Positions 1 to 14,280 of a stretch of 64,000 bases of DNA are shown one piece after another. Numbering within the stretch: position 1 is the first letter of the stretch; the number at the start of each line of letters is the position of its first letter. A model generated the notes under the pieces. That model ran no database searches and was not told the DNA's origin. It worked only from the letters and a program-made list of their open reading frames with translations. The DNA comes from Octopus vulgaris (Eukaryota), in assembly GCA_951406725.2 (NCBI GenBank), contig OX597816.1, forward strand, positions 39,618,001 to 39,682,000. Reading direction: 5' to 3'. The translations under genes and the position numbers were made by a program.

Positions 1-9
1 CACGCTGCA

Positions 10-49
<40 letters not shown>

Positions 50-156
50 CTGCTCGCTTAGCCAGCGGGGTGGCGTCATTCGAAGGCTAAAACAATGCGA
101 ACGCATTGTGACCAGTGATGTGTAACAACATCTGATGGTCTGGTCGGTCACGTGAT

Positions 157-195
<39 letters not shown>

Positions 196-219
196 AAAAT
201 GTATGCACAAATATGTTTG

Positions 220-356
<137 letters not shown>

Positions 357-669
357 TTTGCATCTAGATATTTTATGCCTGTATGTTCACGCGTGTCTGT
401 ATTTGTGTGTATATATATATATGACTGTATACGTACATATCTATATGTATGTACGTACGTACGTTGTATCTATTGTACCTATTGCTTTTCGTTTATTTTT
501 ACATTTCATGTTTTTTTCTTCAACAGTCAACAAAAAAAAAGCAACATATTACGAACACCCTCATCCACCAACCCAACTCCCCACATACAATTAGTCGCAT
601 AGTTGTCTAGCAGCAGTCAAGCGAACAATCAAAACAAACCAAGACAAACTAATGAGAGTACGTCTAGGC

Positions 670-812
670 CAGCGTTTTTCAAACTTTTTTTTGTCGCGAC
701 CCACTGAAGGGTCGAGACCCAGTTTGAAAAACGTTGGTTTATATTTGCACTTTGCACCCACTTGCGTTTTTTTTTTTCTGAAAGGTCGGGACCCACAGTT
801 TGAAAAACGCTA
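670..812. mobile_element. hAT-type MITE
   Basis: Terminal inverted repeats (TIRs) CAGCGTTTTTCAAACT / AGTTTGAAAAACGCTA and an 8-bp target-site duplication (TSD) GTCTAGGC / GTTTAGGC. Confidence 0.75.
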
Positions 813-879
813 GTTTAGGCGGTTGTCCTGCCTGCTAGAAATAGTAGCAAAATCTCTTAGATCTAGGACAGATTGGGAA

Positions 880-1625
880 ATTTAAGCTCCTTATAAGACT
901 GACCATGGAATGATCTGCCAGAAGTTAAGGGATCTTGGTATTACAGGAAAACTCGGAGAATGGCTCTTTGACTTCTCATTGCAAACGGTTTTCTCTCTGC
1001 AAAGTCACCTGTAATAAGTGGTATACCTCAAGGCAAAATTCTGGGACCATTATTATTTATCATCACCCTATCAGGTATAAGCTCACAAGTGCACTCGACC
1101 AACCTGACGAACTACGCCTATTACTCAAGAGCATCGATGGCTGTCCAAACTCTTGAAGATGTCACATTTTTATAATGAGCTAAACCTCATTTATCTATGG
1201 GTAGATAAAAACAACATGAAATTGAAAATATCAAAATTTCAGGTTCTGCATTACGGAAGGAAAACGCACAAATCATTATTTGACACAAGACAACACAATG
1301 GTTCAGAGCGCTAATGACATACAGAACTTGGAGTAATCCTGTCAAATGAGGTATCTTTCATCAGTCACATCACCAAACTGACCTCTGAATGCAGACATCT
1401 CATGAAATGGATCTTACGAACCTTCGTGAAAAAACAACCGGTAGTTTTGCCGACTCTGTGCAAAACTTTACTTCTGAGCAGATTAAATTACTGCTCACAG
1501 CTTTGGCCTCCAAACTCATTTGGTTTCATGGAATAGATTGTAAAATAACTGTAAAATAACTTCGGTTATAAGTCTTAATTACTGGGAATGTCTGAAAGCT
1601 CAACGTCTCAACTCTTTTTGAATGC

Positions 1626-1675
<50 letters not shown>

Positions 1676-1960
1676 CACTGTCATGTTCCGAATTTCGGCA
1701 TTAGAGAGAATTTCAATGCACCAACAGGTAGATATTGTTAGCTTCCAAATACACCACCTTTCAGAATCACGAGCAAAAATACGCTATTGTACCAATCTGA
1801 TATTTAGAGGCCCTCAGTTGTTCAACTTCCTTCCTAAAGAAATCAGAAATATATATAAGACTTCTACTGAAGCATTAAAAAAGCAACAGCAAAAAAAACA
1901 AACAAAAACATTGGATAAACCCCTAATGGACGAAACCGGACAAGCCAACTATTTAAAGAT
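880..1960 (+). mobile_element. Decayed CR1/L2-group LINE, reverse transcriptase to 3' portion
   Basis: Frameshifted peptides DHGMICQKLRDLGITGKLGEWLFDF, VISGIPQGKILGPLLFII, WVDKNNMK and RGPQLFNFLPKEIRN. Confidence 0.85.
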
Positions 1961-2151
1961 ACACGCACAGACCAACTTCCAACCATAAAGCGATAACAAA
2001 ACTGAAAGAAAATAAGTTAAGGCGGTGCTCCAGTATGGACGCATCATACGATTGAAACCACTAGAATAATAAAAGAAAAATATTACGGAGATGTACTTGC
2101 ATAGCAAGTGACCTGATCTGAGATCGTGTGCTGGAACGAAAGCAATTGCTG

Positions 2152-2238
2152 CGTGGAAAGTGTTTATAAGCCATTTAAGAAACACACAAAATCCGATTTT
2201 GTGTGTTTCTTAAATGGCTTATAAACCACCTTCCACGC
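2152..2238. repeat. Near-perfect palindrome (arms of about 43 bp, 1-nt centre)
   Basis: ...TTATAAGCCATTTAAGAAACACACAAAATC-C-GATTTTGTGTGTTTCTTAAATGGCTTATAA... The same end (CACGCTGCAA) abuts (TA)n at position 1. Confidence 0.8.
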
Positions 2239-2651
2239 TGCAAAAGAAAAATATATATCTGCTATATAAATGAGTGTGTAAGTGTGTATTTGTATATCAC
2301 CGAAAGGCTCTGAAATGGCGCGTCCTAGAGAAAAACGGATTTGATTTTCGAAATCTGAGTCCCAAAGGTTTTCGATAAATATTAATCAAGAAATATAATT
2401 TACTACGAGAAATAACTCGACTTTCGGATCGCCAAACCTACAACTCTCTATTTGTTCTATATGTCAATAAGTTTCTCTCTGTTTTTTACATTTCCCCCTC
2501 TCTATATATATTTACCAGGCCCTTTCTCACTGTTCCTCTGCATATGTATATCTCTCACGCTTGCTACTCCCCACTCTCTTCATATGATACGCAATTGCTT
2601 TTATTTTGTTTAAAAACTTCGTTGTATTTTTTTAGTTTTATTTTGTAATAG

Positions 2652-3171
2652 AAACAGATTGGGTTTATTTACCTTTGTGAAGAAAAAAAGATACCCTTCT
2701 CCCCACCCCTAACCCTAACCCTAAAAGAGATTGAAATGCAATAGATCGATTCTAGGGTTATAATTATGGGTGACAATTTCATATGACACCGCTAGAAAAA
2801 AACATGAAATTGTCACCCATAATTATGACCCTAGAATCGATCTATTGCATTTCAATCTCTTTTAGGGTTAGGGGTGGGGGAAGGGTATCTTTTTTTCTTC
2901 ACAAATATAAATAAACCCAATGTGTTTATTAAACGAGGGACATATTCGTACGGCACAAAATGCTTTTTAACTCAATAGACGCCAGTGATTGGTTGAAATT
3001 GCAGAAATTGAAGAAATTAAAGACCAAATATCTTACAAACAATAGAATTTTCTCAATAAAGCCAAGAGAAAAAGATGTTTTATAAACACATTCTACCAGT
3101 ATACGAAGTTTAAATTTTTTTAGTTACCTAGAAATTATGTTAAAAACTGCCGTTCAAACCGAAAAGATCCC
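2652..3171. mobile_element. Non-autonomous DNA transposon fragment with an internal inverted repeat of about 130 bp containing CCCTAA/TTAGGG units
   Basis: 2652-2783 pairs with about 2803-2927. The 3' part (aaagatgttttata..cacattctaccagtat.cgaagttt..aaagatccc) matches the MITE at 41919-42745. Confidence 0.65.
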
Positions 3172-3300
3172 AATTCATTACAAATATAAGGGTAACGAAT
3201 TATTAATTTAATAATTAATAAATTTTACCAATTAGTTTTGGTATGGAAAGAGAACCATTATCGTAAGAAAGTTTACAAAAAGTTTTTTTTATATATAAAT

Positions 3301-3572
3301 ATAATTAAGGGTTAAACAACAAGCCGCTTCACCACATACCGAAAATTTAAAAATAGCAGCTGATGTCGAGAATGAATTTGTATAATTCTAACCCAGAAAC
3401 GCGTCCACAATTAATCGAAGACTGTTTGATTTCGTTATTTTTCTCTTTTTACCTATGTGAGTTACAAATGTTGTTATCTGTGGAGTAATATCTGTAGTAA
3501 AAAGGAATAAGCTGTCTTTGGCTGCTATTTCTAAATTTTCGGTATGTGGTGAAGCAACTTGTTGCTTAATCC

Positions 3573-3580
<8 letters not shown>
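3301..3580. mobile_element. Fold-back cassette with imperfect inverted ends of about 60 bp, related to the terminus of B
   Basis: ATAATTAAGGGTTAAACAACAAG...AAATAGCAGC versus GCTGCTATTT...CTTAATCCTTAATTAT. Internal degenerate CTGATG...GAAACGCGTC. Followed by (TA)n. Confidence 0.65.
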
Positions 3581-3617
<37 letters not shown>

Positions 3618-3625
<8 letters not shown>

Positions 3626-4726
3626 CAACAATTGAGGGTAAAATTAATTAATTAATCAATTTCACCAAGTATTCAGTATGCAAAGGGACCATTTAAGGCG
3701 AATTCAAATTATTACATTATATAAAAGGGCTTAGTAAAATAAATTACTTTGCCGCATACTGAACTCATTAGAAATAGCAGCTAAAAAACTTTTTTAAAAC
3801 TATTTCCAATACTTAAAGAAAATCTCTCATATAGTGTTTGCTCAATTCAACTCACGAAAGTATGAGGGTAGAAACATTAAAAAATCAAATGCAAAGGTTA
3901 TTTGAGAACGTACGTTTCAAGATTAGTCAAAATCGACACTTCTATCATCAGCTCAGAACTCCCTGGTTTGGATTTGAAAACACTGAAAGTAGGAGCATAC
4001 CTTTTCGGCTTCCCATCGCCTCTGAAGATCTACTCGAAACTAACAGTGCCAGCAAATTCAAATATGCAAGCGAAGAATTTCTGCTCTCCCCCTTCCACCA
4101 GCGTGGGTTAAAATCAGCAAACAACATGCTTTTTTTCGGTAAAATCCGAGGCATTAAATAGAGAGAGATGAATAATAATTTGAATTCGCCTTAAATGGTC
4201 CCTTTGCATACTGAATACTTGGTGAAATTGATTAATTAATTAATTTTACCCTCAATTGTTGAAATTATAATTCATCTCTCTCTATTTAATGCCTCGGATT
4301 TTACCGAAAAAAAGCATGTTGTTTGCTGATTTTAACCCACGCTGGTGGAAGGGGGAGAGCAGAAATTCTTCGCTTGCATATTTGAATTTGCTGGCACTGT
4401 TAGTTTCGAGTAGATCTTCAGAGGCGATGGGAAGCCGAAAAGGTATGCTCCTACTTTCAGTGTTTTCAAATCCAAACCAGGGAGTTCTGAGCTGATGATA
4501 GAAGTGTCGATTTTGACTAATCTTGAAACGTACGTTCTCAAATAACCTTTGCATTTGATTTTTTAATGTTTCTACCCTCATACTTTCGTGAGTTGAATTG
4601 AGCAAACACTATATGAGAGAGATTTTCTTTAAGTATTGGAAATAGTTTTAAAAAAGTTTTTTTAGCTGCTATTTCTAATGAGTTCAGTATGCGGCAAAGT
4701 AATTTATTTTACTAAGCCCTTTTATG

Positions 4727-4730
<4 letters not shown>
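3618..4730. mobile_element. Interleaved double inverted repeat A-B-A'-B' between (TA)n tracts; probable Penelope-like element derivative
   Basis: A at 3618-3714 pairs with A' at 4173-4269 (about 97 bp). B at about 3716-4173 pairs with B' at about 4270-4730 (about 460 bp, near-identical, which explains the mirrored ORFs). B carries a hammerhead-like motif. Confidence 0.75.
4488..4540 (+). ncRNA. Hammerhead-like motif; identical mirror copy at 3903-3955 on the - strand
   Basis: TGAG-CTGATGA-(imperfect stem II)-GAAAC-GTAC-GTT-CTCA, with palindromic ACGTACGT. Confidence 0.55.
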
Positions 4731-4817
<87 letters not shown>

Positions 4818-6242
4818 TATATACATACATATATGTACGTACCTACCTCTACATGTATATACACATTCATATATGGGTACAGGACACCAAAAAAAAAAAA
4901 CGTCGAACACAATGAGAAACGAAAACATAAACACAAAACCAAGGAAATGGACATTTTTCTTAAACAACGAAAAAATAGAGTACAGGACATACAAAACAAG
5001 GAAAATTCCCCTTCTTCAGTCGCCTTTGTTTCATCTACTCCACGTTTCGAAGGTATCCTGTAAAAGGTCATGGGTACCGCTTTTGTCTTTTTATTTGAAG
5101 ATAAATGAAAATCGGAAAAAGAAAAAAAAAAGGCGTGACGGTCAGGACTGGAATACTCTTGATTCTGATTCTACTTACTCAGGTATACTCCTGAGGTTGG
5201 GTTAAGAAATATATACTCTCGAGGTTGAACAAAAACCAGGTATCAAATAGCGAAATAAAACCTTTTGTTACCAATACCACCACCACCACCACCACCATCA
5301 TCACCACCACAACTGCCACCACTGTTACTACTATCACACTTATAACCACCCCTACAACCTCTACCACTACATTCACCACCACCATCTCAATGACCACCAC
5401 CACCACCAACACAATTACCCCCACCCTTTATATCACCACCAACACCGCCCCCCCCGCCGCCGCCGCAGCCACCTGTTACCGTCCAACTGCTGTTACATTG
5501 CAAGCATTGTTTCCTGGCTTAATTTCTCAACATATTGATTTCATTTGGATGTATGTCGTTATTTAACCCCAGGTAGGCTCCGATATAAAAGATCTATGTT
5601 GGATTTTATTATTGCTGTTGTTGTTTAACGCCAGGTCATCGCTGATATAACAGACCGTTATTGTGCATGTTTTGAAGTACCGACTGAGCACGAGGGGCGA
5701 TGTAATCGACTTAATCACTCTCCTAAATTTATGGCCTTACACCAATTTTGGAAACCATTATTGTTGTTTCATCCCAGGTCAGTCCTGATAAAAGAGCTCA
5801 ATGATGAGTGGGAAAGTTGTTATACAGGTATATTAGATGCTGTATTTAGAATTTCGCTTTATATAGACAGTTTGGAATTCTTTTATTACTTGTTTACTAG
5901 AAGTCAAGAATGTTTGGAAACGCACGGTTTCGTAAAGGTTACGAAACTGTAACATAGATACAAAATGTTCAGATGTACATATTTTTGTTAAGTCCTAAAT
6001 GCATGAGATAGCTATAGATCTTTTATCTTTTACTTGTTTCTGCAGCCATGCTTGTGTACCGCCTTGAAGGATTTTACTCGAACAGATTGACTCTAGTACT
6101 TAAGCCTGGTACTTATTCTAACCGATTCTGTTCTCCAACCGCTAAGACACGGGAACGTAAACGAACTAACACCGCGGTGGTGCTGGGACAAACATAGACA
6201 CAAAAACACACGCACACATACACATAGATGTCTACGACGAGT

Positions 6243-6383
6243 CACTAGCGTAGCTAGAGTGTGTGCGGCCTTTCAGTTTGCCGCTCCTGGGCCCCCACAA
6301 CAGGTACGTATTACCTACAGTAGACCCAGAAGTGCCGCCCGGGCGCGGACTTCGCCTTCCACCCCACTCTAGCCATGCTAGTG
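6243..6383. mobile_element. hAT-type MITE inserted in a SINE
   Basis: TIRs CACTAGCGTAGCTAGAGT / ACTCTAGCCATGCTAGTG and a perfect 8-bp TSD, CGACGAGT. Confidence 0.8.
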
Positions 6384-6772
6384 CGACGAGTTTCCATACA
6401 GTTTCCGTTTGAAAAATTCAATCACAAGGCATTAGTCAGTTCGGGACTATAGTAGAAGACACTTACCCAAGGTACTGCGCAGTGAGACTGAACCCGTGAC
6501 CACATCCACACCGGCACCATATACAACATATAACATATTTAGTGCGATTTCCATGTTTGTTCGTTAAGAAGTGTGTAATATGTGCTTATAAAAATGCAAT
6601 ATGTACAGAAAATATTCTAACGACTTTTAATTTTTAAAGCTCAAAAACTTCAGATATAGAAGCAATATATTCAAAACGTTTCAAAGTGCGTTTCTAAAGA
6701 ATCAAGAAACATTGCTGGGTCAAAAACAGAAGTAGATACCTTCTAGCAATTTAGTAACACAACGCGGTTAAA

Positions 6773-7167
6773 TCTTTATATATAAAAGTGAGGTTGTGTG
6801 CTGTCTGTCTCCTACGATTTAGATTCCTAACTACTCCCACATTTTGCGGTGCAGTTTAACCAAAACCGGGTATCTTATAGTCGTGATTCATATCGAGCCC
6901 TTCTGGGTATTAGCGCGCGTCTACGATGAGTCTACGATTAAAAAAAAATTTACCATCAATTTTTCCCATTTTTAGTGCATTTTTGGCATATATAAGGGAA
7001 GTAACTCTCTAAAAATTTATTATTAAATCTCAGAACGTAAAAAGCTACAGTAACACCCCCCTCTTTGTAGTTAGCCATATTGAGATGGCTATTATACTTT
7101 ACATCTCTAAAATGCTTATATAGTTATTTCCCTTACAAACCCGAGCAACGCCGGGCGATACTGCTAG
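6773..7167 (+). mobile_element. Non-autonomous Helitron
   Basis: 5' TC after A, 3' hairpin CCCGAGCAACGCCGGG then CTAG before T, and no TSD. Confidence 0.85.
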
Positions 7168-8512
7168 TTCAGTATAAATTTAAACTTTTTTCATGACGTG
7201 TTAAAATTATCGTCTCGGAACAAGAATTTAGTCATCGATAGAGTTTTATAGTTGAAACATGTCAAGAGACCAGGTGGCAATTGGGTGACGAAACGTTTGA
7301 CGGCACATGAAATAAGTTTAAAATGAATTTAACAGCTTCGTATGTCATTAAATGGCTCTTTTATGATGTTTCATCATACAGTCATCATACAGTTTTATCA
7401 TACAGTCTTTTTTTTTTGAGAGTTTTGCTCAAGAACACAATGCGTCAACCGGTTCAGGAATTGAAACCACAATTTTACGATCATAAGTCCAACACTCTAA
7501 CCACTAAGCCAAGCGCCTCCACTGCAGAATCGTTGGCACACCGAACAAAATGCTTAGCGGCATTTCGCCTGTCCTTACGTTCTGAGTTCAGACTATACCG
7601 AAGTCAACTTTGCCTTTCATCCTTTTGGGGGTCGATGAAAGGAGTACTAGTCAAAAGGCACCGACAGATTAAGTACCAAGCTTAAAAATAAGCACTGGGG
7701 TCAAGTTGTTCGATTAAACACTCCAAGGCGGGGCCCCAGCGTGACTTCAGTCAAATGACTAAAACAAGTTAAAGGAAAAGAATAGGGATAAAAGAAATCA
7801 AGGGACGCCGTTTGCAAGAAAAAAACATAGTTAAGTCAGGCTTAACGTATTTAATGTAATGATTATAATTATTTCTTTTTTTTTTTTATTGCCCACAAGG
7901 GGCTAAACGTAGATGGCACAAACAAGGACAGACAAAGGGATTAAGTCGATTACATCGACCCCATTGCGTAACTGGTACTTATTTAATTGACCCTGAAAGG
8001 ATGAAAGGTAAAGTCGACCTCGGAGGAATTTGAACTCAGAACGTAACGGCAGACGAAATACCTATTTCTTTGCTACCCACAAGGGGCTAAACGTAGAGGG
8101 CACAAACAAGGACAGACAAAGGGATTAAGTCGATTACATCGACCCCAGTGTGTAACTGGTACTTAATTTATCGACCCTGAAAGGATGAAAGGCAAAGTCA
8201 ACCTCGGCGGAATTTGAGCTCAGAACGTAATGGCAGACGGAATACCGCTATTTCGCCCGGCGTGCTAACGTTTCTGCCAGCTCGCCGCCTTATTATGTAA
8301 TGATTATAATTATTTCTGATTAGCTTTCTGATTCTCCCTGCAATAAGTGTAGTGGCAGTAAAACTTAACAATTGACTGTAAACCTAATTATTGACTTTTA
8401 ACTCGACCATTGACTTATTTGACGGAGGATGGTGTTCCTGAGTAAGATCCTTAAACGGAGTTATCTCACTCATTTACAAGTGTCAGGCCTTTATCAGATA
8501 TTGAAAATACTA

Positions 8513-8816
8513 ACTCCTCCTCCTCCTCCTCCTCTTCTTTTTCCTCTACCTCTCCTCCTCCTCTTCTTCTTCTTCTTCTTCTTCCTCCTCCTCCTCCTTT
8601 TTCTTTCTCCTCTTTTTCTTCCTCCTCCTTCTCCTCCTTTTCTTCCTCCTCCTTCTTCTCCTTCTTCTCCTCCTCCTCCTCCTTATTCTCCTCCTTATTC
8701 TCCTCCTCCTCCATCTCCTGCTCCTCTTTTTCCTCCTTCTTCTCCCTCTCCTCCTCCATCTCCTCCTCCTCCGCTCCCTCCTCCGCTCCCTCCTCCCCCC
8801 TCGCCTCCCTCCTCCA
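8513..8816. repeat. Polypyrimidine (CCT/CTT)n tract followed by (CA)n
   Basis: About 300 nt almost purely C/T; source of the spurious poly-Pro and poly-Glu ORFs. Confidence 0.9.
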
Positions 8817-8865
8817 CGAACACGTTGATAGAATTTCACGACCACACGCATTCAAATATTCTTAC

Positions 8866-11870
<3,005 letters not shown>

Positions 11871-12505
11871 ACTGAAAATATACATTAATACAAACAGGAA
11901 AAAAATTAATCCAACAAAAAATAGGCACAAACTAAATTTGACAGCATATGTTACAACAGTTTGTTTGTTGATCACACAGCTTATAGTTCTTTCTTCATTT
12001 TTACAGTGACATCGTTTCGTGTCGAACTGTGTGTATCTGGTAACTTTCTTTTAACATTTACATCAAACCATAAACATTTTGGAGGATAAAAAATTAAAAA
12101 AAAAATGAAACACAACACCTTGGAATTTGGAAAACAACACTAAATTATCAAAGTAGTGTATAGTAAAACGGTGTTATGTGGAATTTGGGGTAACATAAAT
12201 AGAGAAATAAGGAGAAATAGATCGATGTGATAGTAGGGAAAATAGAAAGCAAGAAGATAGAGAGAAAAAAAAAGAAGAGAGTGAAAAATCGTTTACACAC
12301 ACGCACAAACATACACACACACATCTATGCATATGTATTCAGTTGTATTTTAGAAATTGTCGTTAAAGATATTGTATTTCTTTCCTTCCCCGTTAATATA
12401 TAATGATCGTTGGTATTTCCTTTTGACAGTTTACCAGCAGATACTGTAACTGGACTACTTTAAGCAGACGACAAATAGAACGACGGCGAGGAAAGACACG
12501 TCAAA

Positions 12506-12655
12506 ATGAATCGGGAAACACACGATAGTTATAAGAAAATACGGGACCAGTGTTTTAAAGATGGAAAGCTGTTTGAAGACAAAGATTTCCCGGCCAATTA
12601 TCGGTCTCTTATGCAAAGAGGTATTAACCCTAACATTACCTGGAAACGGCCTCAC
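12506..12655 (+). CDS. Calpain (CysPc) coding exon 1: MNRETHDSYKKIRDQCFKDGKLFEDKDFPANYRSLMQRGINPNITWKRPH
   Basis: Calpain N-terminal motifs LFEDxDFPA and WKRP. Acceptor ttttgacAG ends at 12429 (UTR part from 12430), ATG at 12506, donor GTAAGT at 12656, phase 0. Confidence 0.93.
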
Positions 12656-13221
12656 GTAAGTAGTTCGATTTTCTATGCTTTTATAACTATAAATATTGAC
12701 CCTTCCCCTATTTCCTTCATTCCACTTGCATGATAATAGTCACGAAACCCACCAAACGACAAGCGTTGTCGTTATTGTCCCAACAGAGCACGGCCATCAA
12801 CGTCGCCACCATCAACCACCGACACCATCATCGCCACTATTCTCAGTACATATTTACTGTCAAACCTTGCATGCAAGCGCGTCTCTGTGAATGTGCATGC
12901 ATGACAGTAGATGACATTTGTTTTTTCTCTGAATTTTTGAGATGACGTTGTCATTATTATAACATTGATACAAGGCGCCGGACAAAATGTTTAGCAGCAG
13001 TATTTCTTCCGACTCCTGACGTTCTGAGTTCAACTTCTGCCGAAGCCGACTTTACTTTTCATCCTTTCGGGGTCGATAAAATAAGTACTTGCTGAACAGA
13101 GATGGTCATTGTAATCGACTTGGCCCTTTCAAAAGTTAAGGTCTTGCGCTAAAATTTGAAACAATATTATACAATGATATAATGCGGCATGCTAGCAGAA
13201 TCGTTAGCACAGCAGAATCGT

Positions 13222-13370
13222 TAGACGGGGGATCACTCGGCTCGTCCGTCAATGAAGAGCGCGGCTATCCGCGTGAACTGATGCGAATCGCAAGACTCAG
13301 TGAACATTGACACCTCGAACGCACATTGCGGCCCCGGGATCCCATCGTCCCGGGGCCCCGTCCGGTCGAG
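13222..13370 (+). pseudogene. Orphan near full-length 5.8S rRNA copy in calpain intron 1
   Basis: GGATCACTCGGCTCGT..GTC.ATGAAGA.CGC.GC ... TCGAACGCACATTGCGGCCCCGGG...CCCGGGGCC matches the eukaryotic 5.8S core. No 18S or 28S sequence was seen next to it. Confidence 0.9.
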
Positions 13371-14031
13371 ATTTTTAAAAAAAACATAAAAGGCGACGAT
13401 CTGGCAGAATCGTTAGCACGCCGGGCAAAATGCTTGGCGGTATTTCGTCTGCCGTTACGTTCTGAGTTCAGATTCCGCCGAGGTTGACTTTGCCTTTCAT
13501 CCTTTCGGGGTCGATAAATTAAGTACCAGTTGCGCACTGGGATCGATGTAATCGACTTAATCCGTTTGTCTGTCATTGTTTGTCCCCTCTATGTTTATCA
13601 CCTTGTGGGTAGTAAAGAAACAGGTATTTCGTCTGCCGTTACGTTCTGAGTTCAAATTCCGCCGAGGTCGACTTTGCTTTTCATCCTTTGGGGGTCGATA
13701 AATTAAGTACCAGTTACACACTGGGGTCGATATAATCGACTTAATCCCTCTGTCTGTCCTTGTTTGTCCCCTCTATGTTTAGCCCCTTGTGGGCAATAAA
13801 GAAATAAGAATCGTTAGCACGTCGGATGAAATGTTTAGCAGCATTTCTTCCGGCTCTTTACGTTCTTAGATCAAATTCCGCTGAGGTCAAATTTGCCTTT
13901 CATCCTTTGAGATTCAGTAAAATAAGTATCAGTTGAGCACCGAGATCAATGTCATGAACCGTCCCCACCACCTCCCTCTCTTAAAATTGCTGATCTTGTA
14001 CCAAAAATTTAACCATTATTACACATTGATA

Positions 14032-14280
14032 GTGGAGGCGCGTGGCTTAGTGGTTAGGACGTCAGCATCATGATCGTAAGATTATGGTTTCGATTCCTGG
14101 ACCGGGCGACGCGTTGTGTTCTTGAGCAAAACATTTCATTTCACGTTGCTCCAGTTCACTCAGCTGGCAAAAATGAGTAACGCTGCGATGGACTGGCGTC
14201 CCATCCAACTGGGGAACACATACGCCATGGAAACCGGGAAACTGGGCCCATGAGCCTGGCTAGGCTTTAAAAGGGGCTCG
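14032..14280 (+). mobile_element. Fourth tRNA-derived SINE family (GTTGTGTTCTTGAGCAA..CACTT..GCTCCAGTTCACTCAGCTG body). Related copies at 30905-31245(+), 17988-18130(+), 56836-57085(+), 15900-16045(-), 16200-16372(-), 40400-40602(-), 7420-7520(-)
   Basis: A/B boxes plus a shared central domain seen in multiple copies. Confidence 0.75.

Noticed and set aside
2085-2155. Hammerhead candidate (CTGATCTGA...GAAAGCAATTGCT)
   Set aside because: There is a palindrome after GAAA, but I could not place a CUGANGA core with consistent stems.
3838-4605. Two identical 107-aa ORFs on opposite strands (candidate gene pair)
   Set aside because: They follow directly from the inverted duplication, start at TTG and show no recognisable domain.
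12007-12039. Possible 33-nt 5' UTR exon (ttacAG ... GTAACT)
   Set aside because: The splice signals are plausible but cannot be supported without transcript data.
13222-13370. Functional rDNA unit
   Set aside because: No 18S, 28S or recognisable ITS context; it is embedded among SINE pieces in an intron.
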